Shown one piece after another: positions 1-9,089 of a stretch of DNA of 64,000 bases (positions within the stretch are counted from its first letter, which is position 1; every line of letters starts with the position of its first letter). A program made the translations under genes and the position numbers. Source of the stretch: Candidatus Micrarchaeota archaeon (GTDB lineage Archaea > Micrarchaeota > Micrarchaeia > Anstonellales > JAHKLY01); contig JAHKLY010000002.1 of NCBI GenBank assembly GCA_020854825.1, forward strand, positions 31,487 through 95,486, in the 5' to 3' direction. The notes beneath the pieces are model-generated. The model had not been told where the DNA came from, did not search any database, and saw only the letters and a list, made by a program, of their open reading frames with translations.

Positions 1-598
1 AATACAATTTCATTATTGTAATATGCATCATTGAATTTTTTTAGTCTGTTGATAATTCTTTCTTTTTTGAAAAAATATATTCTCCTTTTTAAATCTGGGT
101 TATTTCCTCTGATGATTGTTTTATTAAAAGTATTACAAAATAAATAAAAAAATATTCTTGATCTAATTACTGGACCACAGGAGTTTATTTTATTACAAAT
201 ATCTTCTAATTCCTCAGTTTTAATGCTGTAGATGTAATTAGGGAGAATTTCCAATAAAATTTCTTTTTGAATTTCAAATGGGATGTTTTTATTAGATAAA
301 ATTATTATATCCTTAAAAAAATCAGAATTTTTTGAAAATGCACCTTTTTCAATATCTTTTTTAAAAATTGAATTATATTTTTTATTAATAATTTCTTTTA
401 ATACAGTAATTAAGTTATGATAAAGTGGTTTTTTTTCCTCATATTCTTTTAATATTTTATTTATTAATTTTTGTTTTGGAGTTAATTTTATTTCATGAGG
501 GGTGTGTAATGAAACGATAGATAAAAATGGATTTCTATACCCTCTTCTTTTAGATTTTTGTGTAGGCGTACAGTTATAGTTATTACCAATCCTTTTCA
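1..598 (-). CDS. hypothetical protein (partial; starts at ATG 598..596, no stop before the window edge)
   Basis: Uninterrupted minus-strand reading frame from ATG at 598 to position 1 (MKRIGNNYNCTPTQKSKRRGYRNPF...). It is absent from the ORF track because it has no in-window stop. No recognisable motif. Confidence 0.3.
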
Positions 599-791
599 TA
601 AGAATATATTTATTACAAATGATTTTTATTTGTATTGAAAGTTCATTAATTTTTGTTTTTCTAATAATATGAAAAGCTTTAAAAAGAGTTCCCTTAAATA
701 AATAAATACTCTTTATGATTTAAAGTTAAATGAATATTTAAAAGGTGTCTATTTGGGAAAACGACCAAGAAAATGGAAGAAGAAAGGAAGA

Positions 792-866
792 ATGCGTTGG
801 AAATGGCTACAAAAAAGAAGACGCAGACTTAAAAAGAGAATGAAGAGAAGAAAAGGAGAGCTTTAA
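792..866 (+). CDS. rpl41e: ribosomal protein eL41 (L41e)-like 24-aa ultra-basic peptide
   Basis: ATG..TAA ORF encoding [24 protein letters not shown]. Its length and composition closely resemble eukaryotic/archaeal L41e ([21 protein letters not shown]...). An AT-rich promoter-like sequence lies upstream. Confidence 0.45.
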   Translation: MRWKWLQKRRRRLKKRMKRRKGEL

Positions 867-927
867 GTTAAAGCTAATTTTTATAAATTATTCCTTCTTA
901 GTATTAACCATAAAAGGAGGGATATTT

Positions 928-1398
928 ATGGATTATGTTAAAATATTGGCTTCAGCAATTTTTGTAATGTTTGTTAGTTTAATTATATATACTGCAGGTT
1001 CATTTGTGGATATGGAGTATTATACTAATTCAGATAATTTTGGCCTATGGAGCAAAATAATGATGCCAAATATGGGTCCTCCGGGTGTTGAATTTTATTT
1101 TGTTTCGTTAGTATTTAAATTCATAATCGGATTGATATTTACTCTATTTTATATGGTAATTGCGAAATCTATAAGACAAGAATCAATACTCAAAACAGGA
1201 ATTTTCTATGGATGTTTATTATTTGTAATATTAGGGATACCTACTACATTAAACACGTTTTTACTTTTTGCAGTTCCATTGGGATTATTGATAAGTTGGA
1301 CAATACAGGGGCTACTAGTGTTAGTAATTAGCGGAATGGGAGTAGTATATATAATGCGTTATACTTGTAAGTTCAATAATGCAGGAAGTTTAAGATAG
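928..1398 (+). CDS. small integral membrane protein (about 4 TM), 7 nt upstream of hydA
   Basis: ORF with four hydrophobic helices. GGAGG-like RBS (aaaaggaggg) before the ATG. Tightly spaced with the downstream hydrogenase gene. Confidence 0.5.
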   Translation: MDYVKILASAIFVMFVSLIIYTAGSFVDMEYYTNSDNFGLWSKIMMPNMGPPGVEFYFVSLVFKFIIGLIFTLFYMVIAKSIRQESILKTGIFYGCLLFVILGIPTTLNTFLLFAVPLGLLISWTIQGLLVLVISGMGVVYIMRYTCKFNNAGSLR

Positions 1399-1405
1399 GG
1401 ATTTT

Positions 1406-2509
1406 ATGATATCCAAGGATTCAAAGCAAGTATTGGGAATGCTTGAAAATAAAAAAACTATTATGGTGGCGCAAATAGCACCAGCAGTAAGAGTTTCTAT
1501 GGGTGAAGAGTTTGGGTATAATTTAGGAACAGAAATAACTGAAAAATTAATAAGTGCTTTAAAGCAATTAGGTTTTGATTATGTTTTTGATACCTGTTTT
1601 GGTGCAGATGTTGTTACATTGGAAGAAGCATATGAGTTAGATTTAAGAATAAAAAATAATGGGCCTTTCCCTTTAATGACTTCTTGCTGTATTGGTTGGA
1701 GAAATCATGGATTGCAATTTTATCCTCAAAAATTAAAGAAGTTATCCACTTGTATGGCACCGCAAATAACTTTGGGTGCATTGATAAATAGTTATCTTCT
1801 TAAATATTTGAAAGTTAAAGATGATAAAAAAGTGGGAGTAGTTTCAATAATGCCTTGTATATTAAAAAAACAAGAAGCAAAACAAGAAGCTACAATTGGG
1901 TTAGAAGAAGTAAATTTTGTTTTAACAACAAAAGAATGTGCTGATTTATTAAAATATAAAAACATTGATTTGAAAAAATGTGGAAAAACTGATTTTGATA
2001 AATACTTAGGTCATGCAACTCAAGCAGGCAAAAAGTTTGGTGCGACAGGGGGAGTTTTAGAAGCAGTAATAAATACATATGCAGCAATGAAAGGTGATAA
2101 AACAAGAATAACAATTGATGATGATAAACCATTAAATGAATATTCTGTTAACATAGATGGAAAAAAATTGAATATCGCAAAGGTTTGGGGATTGCAGAAT
2201 TTAGATAAAATTATAGAACAAATTAAATGCGAAAAAAAAGAAATACATTTAATTGAAGTAATGGCTTGTCCATTTGGGTGTGTTGGAGGTCCAGGACAAC
2301 CAACTCCCGTAAATAATGAGAAGAATAAAAAACGTGCAAATGCATTAAGAAAATATGCTAAACAAGAAAATATGGAAACTCCATATGATAATAAAGATAT
2401 AAGAAAAATATATAATTTATATTTAGATAAAATAGGAACTGAAAAAACAAAAGAACTTTTACATATGGGTTTTATTCATTCAAAAATTAAAAATAATTTA
2501 AAAAGGTGA
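1406..2509 (+). CDS. hydA: [FeFe]-hydrogenase catalytic H-cluster domain protein (ultraminimal, no ferredoxin-like N-terminal domains)
   Basis: All three H-cluster signature motifs are present: P1 TSCCIGW (TSCCPxW), P2 MPCILKKQE (MPCxxKxxE), P3 EVMACPFGCVGGPGQP (ExMACxxGCxxGGGQP). The 367-aa protein begins directly with the H-domain. Confidence 0.8.
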   Translation: MISKDSKQVLGMLENKKTIMVAQIAPAVRVSMGEEFGYNLGTEITEKLISALKQLGFDYVFDTCFGADVVTLEEAYELDLRIKNNGPFPLMTSCCIGWRNHGLQFYPQKLKKLSTCMAPQITLGALINSYLLKYLKVKDDKKVGVVSIMPCILKKQEAKQEATIGLEEVNFVLTTKECADLLKYKNIDLKKCGKTDFDKYLGHATQAGKKFGATGGVLEAVINTYAAMKGDKTRITIDDDKPLNEYSVNIDGKKLNIAKVWGLQNLDKIIEQIKCEKKEIHLIEVMACPFGCVGGPGQPTPVNNEKNKKRANALRKYAKQENMETPYDNKDIRKIYNLYLDKIGTEKTKELLHMGFIHSKIKNNLKR

Positions 2510-2513
2510 ATCT

Positions 2514-3098
2514 ATAGTACAAGAAATAATTTTAGCAACAGGATCAAAACATAGAATTAAAGCTTTTGAAGAACTTAATCTCTCATTTATTTATGAAAAA
2601 AGTAATGTTGATGAGTATATAGATATAAGACCAAAAAATCCAGAAGAGTTAGTTAAATTTTTAGCAAGATTAAAAACTGAAGCAGTAGCTAAGAATTATT
2701 CTGAAGGTATAGTTATTGGTTTTGATTCTGTAGGTTATTTTGATAATAAAATATTGGAAAAACCAAAATCTAAAGAAGAAGCTTTTTTAAGATTACAAAA
2801 AATGTCTGAGCAGTCTTTTTCATTTTATACTGGAATTCATATAATAGATCTAGTTAAAAATATTTCAAGAACAGAAGTTTCAATTACAAATGCAAAATTA
2901 CGAAAAATAAGTAAGGATGAAATTGATAATTATTTAAATCAAGATCAAGATTATACTACATTCGCGTTAGGTTTTGATCCATTAAATATGTATAGCTGTA
3001 CATTTATTTCATCTATAACTGGAAGTTATAATAATATACTTAAAGGAATACCTTTGGAAAGAATAATAGAACTATTGAATGAGGTTAAGAAAAAATGA
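2514..3098 (+). CDS. maf: Maf-like nucleoside triphosphate pyrophosphatase (start codon uncertain)
   Basis: The frame is open from 2502. It translates ...IILATGSKHRIKAFEELNLSF...GFDSVGYFDNKILEKPKSKEEAF...GIPLERIIELL, which matches the Maf/Ham1 fold signature (ILASxSPRR-like N-terminus). There is no ATG/GTG/TTG before the Maf-homologous N-terminus. The track ORF at 2754 is only the C-terminal part. Confidence 0.55.
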   Translation: MVQEIILATGSKHRIKAFEELNLSFIYEKSNVDEYIDIRPKNPEELVKFLARLKTEAVAKNYSEGIVIGFDSVGYFDNKILEKPKSKEEAFLRLQKMSEQSFSFYTGIHIIDLVKNISRTEVSITNAKLRKISKDEIDNYLNQDQDYTTFALGFDPLNMYSCTFISSITGSYNNILKGIPLERIIELLNEVKKK

Positions 3099-3364
3099 AA
3101 AGAGAATCTGTATTAATTGCATTTATTCTTGCAGGAATAATATTAATTGGTATTTTTATATTTGATAATAATCCTTTAACTAATGACACATTTTGTTTAA
3201 CAGATGATGATTGTCATGTATATAGAATTGATAATTGTTGTACATTTATACCGTTAAATACATTTAATTATCAAACTGTGCATAAGTATGAGATACTTTG
3301 TGATGCAGTTTGCCCAGAATATGAATCAAAATGTGCTTATTTTAGATGTGAATTAATTACCTAA
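3095..3364 (+). CDS. small secreted Cys-rich protein
   Basis: N-terminal hydrophobic signal/TM segment followed by about 9 Cys in 60 aa. Overlaps the maf stop by 4 nt. Confidence 0.4.
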   Translation: MKRESVLIAFILAGIILIGIFIFDNNPLTNDTFCLTDDDCHVYRIDNCCTFIPLNTFNYQTVHKYEILCDAVCPEYESKCAYFRCELIT

Positions 3365-3416
3365 CAATAACTAATTTATTTTTAAATATAGCTTTAATTA
3401 ATCAATAGGTGATTGT

Positions 3417-3806
3417 ATGAAAAAATATTTTTATGTATTTGGAATTGGGATATTGTTAATACTTATGGGATGTATAGAAAGACAAGAAATTGATTATACA
3501 AATAATTCCACTCTTGTTAATCCTGCATCAAAATTTTGTGTAGATAATGGCGGAAAATTAGATATACGAACAGAAACAGATGGATCTCAGATAGGCTATT
3601 GTATATTTAGAGAAAAAGAATGTGAAGAATGGGAGTTCTATAGAGGAGAATGTAGTCAAGCACATATTTGTACTAATGAAGAGAAACAGAATGAGATATG
3701 TACTATGGAATATATTCCAGTATGTGGAGATGATGGAATAATATATGGAAATAAATGCGCAGCTTGTTCAGCTAAAATTATTTCCTGGATAATAGGAGAA
3801 TGCTAA
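3417..3806 (+). CDS. lipoprotein with DUF333-like domain and C-terminal Kazal-type inhibitor-like domain
   Basis: Lipobox-like LILMGC. NPASKFCVDNGGKLDIR...GYCIF..ECEEWEFYRGEC matches the DUF333 signature. CTMEYIPVCGDDGIIYGNKCAACSA matches the Kazal motif C-x(n)-PVCG-x-DG-x-TY-x-N-x-C. Confidence 0.55.
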   Translation: MKKYFYVFGIGILLILMGCIERQEIDYTNNSTLVNPASKFCVDNGGKLDIRTETDGSQIGYCIFREKECEEWEFYRGECSQAHICTNEEKQNEICTMEYIPVCGDDGIIYGNKCAACSAKIISWIIGEC

Positions 3807-3944
3807 TCCTATATTTTTATTTTTTTTAAATTATCAGAATAAAAAATTGTAATAAATCTAATTTTAAGTTTAACATAATATTTATAAATCTATTTTACAA
3901 AGTATTTTCATCATACTAGAAAAGTATAATAAAAAGGGAGATGA

Positions 3945-6900
3945 TTGTGTATGTCTAATATTATAAAAAATATATTTTTAGTAGCATTTGTTTTAATTGT
4001 ATTTAGTTTTGGCATTGTAAATGCTTGGGTTCCTCAATGTAGTGGAAATACATATGACTTTATTTGTGGAGATATAGTAGATGAAAGCTGTATAATGAAT
4101 GGTAATTTAACTTCTATAGGAACGTGTTTTACAGTATATGCAGACAATATTGTAATAGATTGTGATGGATATACAATCACAGGAAGTCAAACTGGATATG
4201 GAGTTTTAAATGACGGGTATGATAATGTTAGTATAAATGGATGTATAATACATGATTTTACAGTTGGAATACAATTTTATGATTCTACAATTGGATTAAT
4301 TTATAATAATACTGTTTATGATAATAATAATGGAATTACATTAGATAATAGTTCCTTAATTAATGTTTCTGGTAATGATGTATATGGTCATGATTATGGT
4401 ATTTCTTTAATAGATGGATCAAATAATAACACAGTAGCAGATAATAGTGTGAATGGCAATGACTTTGGTATTTATTTAACTATTAGTCCTGGTAATAATC
4501 TAACTAATAATTTTGTATGTAGAAATTCAGAAGTAGATGTATATGATAATGAATTTCCAAATAATAATTGGGCTAGAACTATATATTCCTCATCAGACCC
4601 AAATAATTCAACTTATTTTGCACAAGTAGGGGATTGTTCTTTTGAACAAGGAGTATGTGGACAATTTATAAATGAAGATATAGTATTAACTGAAGATATA
4701 GAATGTACTGAAGAAGGAATAGGAGATTCCGGAATTGTAGTTGAAGCTGATAATATTACAATAGATTGTAATGGATATTCAATAATTGGTTTTATGGGTT
4801 CAGGGATTGGAGTTGAAGTTAGTGGTTATGATGGAATTACAATTATAAATTGCAACGTTTCAAATTTCCTGACCGGAATTTATGTTGAAGATTCTATAGG
4901 TACTGAAGTTTATGACAGTATAATATATTACAATGGTATGTTGGGGCCCGATATGACTGGAATTCATTTCTATAATGTGAATTATTCAGCCATATATAAC
5001 AACTTAGTTCATGAAAATGATATTGGAATTGTTCTTGAAGATTCATACGAAAATGAAGTTTATGAAAATGAAGTGTATGATAATCTATTCCAAGGCATAC
5101 ATCTTGTAAATTCTGAACATAATGTGATTTATGATAATCACATATACTGGAATGCTGACATTGGTTTGTACATTTTAAATTCAACTAACAACTTGTTTGA
5201 AAATAATACAGTTTGCACTAATAGGTTATCTGATATTCTTTTTAGGGGGACAAGCGAAGGAAATGAAGGAGACAATACCTGCAATGTTCTTGATGATACT
5301 GAGGAAGATATGAACATGGAAGTAACTTGTTCAATTACTTGTCCATATTATGGCAATTGCGGTGATGAAATTGACGGAGATATTGTTTTAGCAAGGGATA
5401 TTGAAGATTGCGAAGACGGTTTAATAGTAACCACAGATAACATTGTAATTGACTGTAATGGATATAGAATTTATGGTGATGGAATAAATGGCGGAATAGG
5501 AATTTTAGTTGATAGTTTGGATAATATAACAATAAAGAATTGCACTATCAAATATTTCGGGGTAGGTATTGCTTTGTTTAATTCTAATTCCAGCACACTT
5601 ATGAGCAATTATATGGATTCCAATGGTATGGGTGGAGAAACCGGAATCTATATGTTTAATAGCAATTATACAACAGTTGAAAACAATTTAGTTGAAAATG
5701 ATGACGGCACGGGCATAAACCTGGAATTTGGGTTTTTGAATACTCTTACCAATAACACTTTGTTAAACAATCTTTATGGTATCTATTTAATATCTAGCCA
5801 CAATAATACTTTGACAGATAATACTGCGAATGAAAATGTATTCGGAATTGATTTAGGTAATTCTGCAAACAATACATTATCTGGAAACACTGCAAATAAA
5901 AATATAGTAGTAGGGGTTTATTTAACTGGTACGAGTACTAACAATTACTTAATTGAGAATACTGTAAATCAAAACATAGGTGAAACTTATGGAATATTAT
6001 TATCAGAGGGAGCAGATGAAAATACCTTAATAAACAATACAATAATTGGCAATACTGCGGGTATGAACGTAGGTTCTTTAAATAATACATTAATAGACAA
6101 TTTCGCTTGTGCAAATATTGTTGATATTATTGATTATACTGATGGAAATGATTGGACAAGAACAACTTATACTTTCTCTGATCCAGTGAACACAACATAT
6201 TTTGATCAATTAGCCACTTGTCCATTTATTCAAGGTTTATGCGGACAGACAGTAACTGAAAGTGTAACTTTAACAGAAGACATTGTTTGCGAAGAAGGGG
6301 ATATATTTAGTCCCCGGCCTACTGCATTGGTAATCGGGGCAAATAACCTCACAATTGACTGTGATGGAAACTATTTAATCGGATATGCAGATTATGCAGG
6401 AATTTTATCATCTGGATACAATAATACTGAAATAATAAATTGTGATATTTCAGGATTCTTTTACGGAATCTATTTTGAGGACTCAAACAATTCAATTGTA
6501 GAGGATTCAAATCTTCATGAAAATATGTGTGAGGGAATGTATATCTACTCTTCCAGTGAGGACCCATATCATGCATACGTTTATGATACAGTTTTTGAAG
6601 ATAATTATCAAGAATGTGTACTGACTGGATTGTATTTATCTTCGTCCACATTATTTATGTGGAACAGTGAATTCATAAATAATGGAGAATATGGGTTATA
6701 CGAGGAGTTTAGGGGCATTCCAGATACTGTTTATTGGACCATAGATGATTATGCATATTGCAAGGACAACGGAATTTATATCAGCACAGCAGACGGTTAC
6801 ATAACTTTTGATGAAGGTGTTTTGGAAATAGATAACTGTACAATTGAGATATATAACAGAGAAACAGAAACATGGGCAATATGGTCTATAGAAGGTAACA

Positions 6901-7670
6901 TGACTGATTATATACCAGAAAGAGAAGTTGAAGCAAATGAATCTGAAGAATTTGTGTTTGAAAATTCAGATGCAATAATAACTTTAGAATTAAATGAAAC
7001 AACAAATATTTCATTCTTTGTTGGTTTATTAAATGCAGGTCAATTAGAAGCATTAGGAGATTCTCCAACAGGATTAATTCCATTCAAAGGAATAAATGTA
7101 GAAATTAATGAAAATGAAATAAATGGTACTATAACAATTTGTATTACCTATACTGATGATGAATTAGATGATGCAGGAATAGAAGAAGATACATTAGTTA
7201 TGTATTATTTCAATGAAACATCTGATGAATGGGAAATAATAACTCTCCAAAGGCAAGGGTCAAATAGAGTATGTGCAGAAATACCACATTTCAGTATATA
7301 TGCATTATTTGGTGAAAAAACTGAAGAAGATGGAGGCTCACCTAGAGGAAGCAGTTATACTGGTGGCGGTGCAAGACCAGTAGGACAGAGTCCAATAACA
7401 ACTGAAGAAGAAGAGGAAGAATTACAAATAGATGAAGAAGAATTAGAAGAAGAAATAATAGTACCAGAAAAACCAAGTGAAGAAATACCAGATGAAAAAC
7501 CAATAGATACAACTAAACCATATGTACCTCCAACAATTGAAGAACAACAAGAAGAAAGTGATTTTACAGGTATATATATTGTTGCAGGAATAATTATAAT
7601 TGCAGGAATAATATACTGGTGGATGACAGCAGCAAAAGCAGGTAAAAAAGGATTAATGAGATTTAAATAA
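3945..7670 (+). CDS. large cell-surface protein with parallel beta-helix (NosD/pectate-lyase-like) repeats, acidic linker and C-terminal TM anchor
   Basis: Signal peptide. Repeated I(D/E)CNGY(T/S/R)I(T/I/Y)G and N-x-(I/V)-x-x-N repeat units typical of right-handed beta-helix proteins. Two long internal module duplications (WARTIYSSSDPNNSTYFAQVGDCSFEQGVCGQ / WTRTTYTFSDPVNTTYFDQLATCPFIQGLCGQ). E/P-rich spacer. C-terminal hydrophobic helix plus basic tail (..IIYWWMTAAKAGKKGLMRFK). Confidence 0.7.
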   Translation: MCMSNIIKNIFLVAFVLIVFSFGIVNAWVPQCSGNTYDFICGDIVDESCIMNGNLTSIGTCFTVYADNIVIDCDGYTITGSQTGYGVLNDGYDNVSINGCIIHDFTVGIQFYDSTIGLIYNNTVYDNNNGITLDNSSLINVSGNDVYGHDYGISLIDGSNNNTVADNSVNGNDFGIYLTISPGNNLTNNFVCRNSEVDVYDNEFPNNNWARTIYSSSDPNNSTYFAQVGDCSFEQGVCGQFINEDIVLTEDIECTEEGIGDSGIVVEADNITIDCNGYSIIGFMGSGIGVEVSGYDGITIINCNVSNFLTGIYVEDSIGTEVYDSIIYYNGMLGPDMTGIHFYNVNYSAIYNNLVHENDIGIVLEDSYENEVYENEVYDNLFQGIHLVNSEHNVIYDNHIYWNADIGLYILNSTNNLFENNTVCTNRLSDILFRGTSEGNEGDNTCNVLDDTEEDMNMEVTCSITCPYYGNCGDEIDGDIVLARDIEDCEDGLIVTTDNIVIDCNGYRIYGDGINGGIGILVDSLDNITIKNCTIKYFGVGIALFNSNSSTLMSNYMDSNGMGGETGIYMFNSNYTTVENNLVENDDGTGINLEFGFLNTLTNNTLLNNLYGIYLISSHNNTLTDNTANENVFGIDLGNSANNTLSGNTANKNIVVGVYLTGTSTNNYLIENTVNQNIGETYGILLSEGADENTLINNTIIGNTAGMNVGSLNNTLIDNFACANIVDIIDYTDGNDWTRTTYTFSDPVNTTYFDQLATCPFIQGLCGQTVTESVTLTEDIVCEEGDIFSPRPTALVIGANNLTIDCDGNYLIGYADYAGILSSGYNNTEIINCDISGFFYGIYFEDSNNSIVEDSNLHENMCEGMYIYSSSEDPYHAYVYDTVFEDNYQECVLTGLYLSSSTLFMWNSEFINNGEYGLYEEFRGIPDTVYWTIDDYAYCKDNGIYISTADGYITFDEGVLEIDNCTIEIYNRETETWAIWSIEGNMTDYIPEREVEANESEEFVFENSDAIITLELNETTNISFFVGLLNAGQLEALGDSPTGLIPFKGINVEINENEINGTITICITYTDDELDDAGIEEDTLVMYYFNETSDEWEIITLQRQGSNRVCAEIPHFSIYALFGEKTEEDGGSPRGSSYTGGGARPVGQSPITTEEEEEELQIDEEELEEEIIVPEKPSEEIPDEKPIDTTKPYVPPTIEEQQEESDFTGIYIVAGIIIIAGIIYWWMTAAKAGKKGLMRFK

Positions 7671-7696
7671 TTTAATCCTTTTTCTTTTTTATTTTT

Positions 7697-8281
7697 TTAT
7701 CTTTTTGCATACCTTACTCTATTTTCAATAATATCTGCGCGTGTTAGTACGTCTTTATCTCCAAATGATTTATATTCATCTAAGAAAAAAATACCTTTTA
7801 TTTCTCCCAATGCTTTTTTCATTGTGACAACATCCATAGCTTTATCTTCTATTTTTTTAGAGAAATAACCTAACCCAAAATCAATAACTACTAGTCCCTT
7901 CTTTGTTTGAATTAAATTAGCAGGTGTGTAATCGCCGTGTATTATATCTAGTTTATGAAGTTTTGCCAGTATTTCAGCTGCATGTTTTATTTGTGATTTA
8001 GAAATATTTTTATGATCATAAAGCATTTTACCTTCTACTCTTTTTAGAATTATTTTATTTTCATATATATCATATATAATAGGACACAATATTCCAGATT
8101 CTTTTGCAGTTGTTAATAATTTTGCTTCTTGTCTTGTTCTTTCAGTTCTTAATCTAATATCTAATGTTTTTTCTCTATATGATTTCTCAATACGTTCTTT
8201 TACTAATACATCTAGGTCAAAATATGATATTGGATAAACAATTGCTTCAGCACCTTTAAACTCCTGCATATCTTTGACCAC
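7697..8281 (-). CDS. bud32: Bud32/PRPK-type small protein kinase (KEOPS subunit)
   Basis: About 194 aa. GAEAIVY glycine loop, catalytic IIHGDYTPANL, VIDFG (DFG) motifs. Size and motif order are typical of archaeal Bud32. Confidence 0.7.
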   Translation of the reverse strand: MVKDMQEFKGAEAIVYPISYFDLDVLVKERIEKSYREKTLDIRLRTERTRQEAKLLTTAKESGILCPIIYDIYENKIILKRVEGKMLYDHKNISKSQIKHAAEILAKLHKLDIIHGDYTPANLIQTKKGLVVIDFGLGYFSKKIEDKAMDVVTMKKALGEIKGIFFLDEYKSFGDKDVLTRADIIENRVRYAKR

Positions 8282-9089
8282 CTAAAATAGATCTAAATAA
8301 GAACCCCATCAACATCATCATTACAATAAAGGATACAGCTCCGCCACCTCCAATTAAAAATAAGATGCTTATTGAAATTAGTACAATACCTAACCAAATG
8401 CCCATATTATAACTCATTACTTTTCCACCATCTAATGGATGCATAGGTACCATATTAAATGCTGCTAAAAATGCATTAATATATGCTGAAAATATTAATA
8501 CATGGAGCCAAAATCCAGTTGAAAATAATTGTCCTGCCTGAATTCCAAACCCTTCATTAGCGCCTTCAATAATTCCTATTGACGTTAAACTTGTTAACAA
8601 AAAGAATCCAATTAACATTATAATTGCTAAGATAATATTAATAACTGCACCTGCAGATGCAATATGGCCTCGTTCTTTTTTGCTTAAATATCCTGATGCA
8701 ATATAAACTGCACCTGGCGCTGCAAATATAAACCCTGCAAAAACACCGATTATAAACATAAATGCTAAACCAAATACCCAAGCTCTAAATTCTGCATAAC
8801 ACCCATATTTTATTGCAGTAAACTTATGTCCCATTTCATGAAGAATAAATGCGGGTGAAACTGCAAACAAAAATAACATAAAATTATATGTAAATTGTTC
8901 AGGAGGCTGTAATATTCTTTGAGTTATTACTTCAATTAGCCCAGCGTTTGGGTCATTGACTACTCCTGTTGCTATTGTTAAAGCTAATGAAATAGCTAAT
9001 ACAGAAATTATTATTTCTAATATTTCTCTCGAGGTAAATGTATATTTATTTTGAATTGGAAAGGGATATGGATCCATTTTATCACCCAA
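8256..9089 (-). CDS. site-2 protease family (M50) membrane metalloprotease
   Basis: Polytopic membrane protein with HEMGHK zinc-binding motif in a TM helix, plus a downstream hydrophobic region typical of S2P/M50. Confidence 0.7.
   Translation of the reverse strand: MGDKMDPYPFPIQNKYTFTSREILEIIISVLAISLALTIATGVVNDPNAGLIEVITQRILQPPEQFTYNFMLFLFAVSPAFILHEMGHKFTAIKYGCYAEFRAWVFGLAFMFIIGVFAGFIFAAPGAVYIASGYLSKKERGHIASAGAVINIILAIIMLIGFFLLTSLTSIGIIEGANEGFGIQAGQLFSTGFWLHVLIFSAYINAFLAAFNMVPMHPLDGGKVMSYNMGIWLGIVLISISILFLIGGGGAVSFIVMMMLMGFLFRSILGGQRYAGV

Noticed and set aside
2499-2517. Programmed frameshift fusing hydA to maf
   Set aside because: There is no slippery heptamer or stimulatory structure. 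hydA has a clean TGA stop, and Maf fusions to hydrogenases are not a known architecture. More likely a non-canonical start or an assembly error.
7380-7560. Glu-rich segment as a separate feature or gene
   Set aside because: It is in frame and continuous with the surface-protein ORF. It is interpreted as an acidic stalk/linker before the C-terminal TM anchor.
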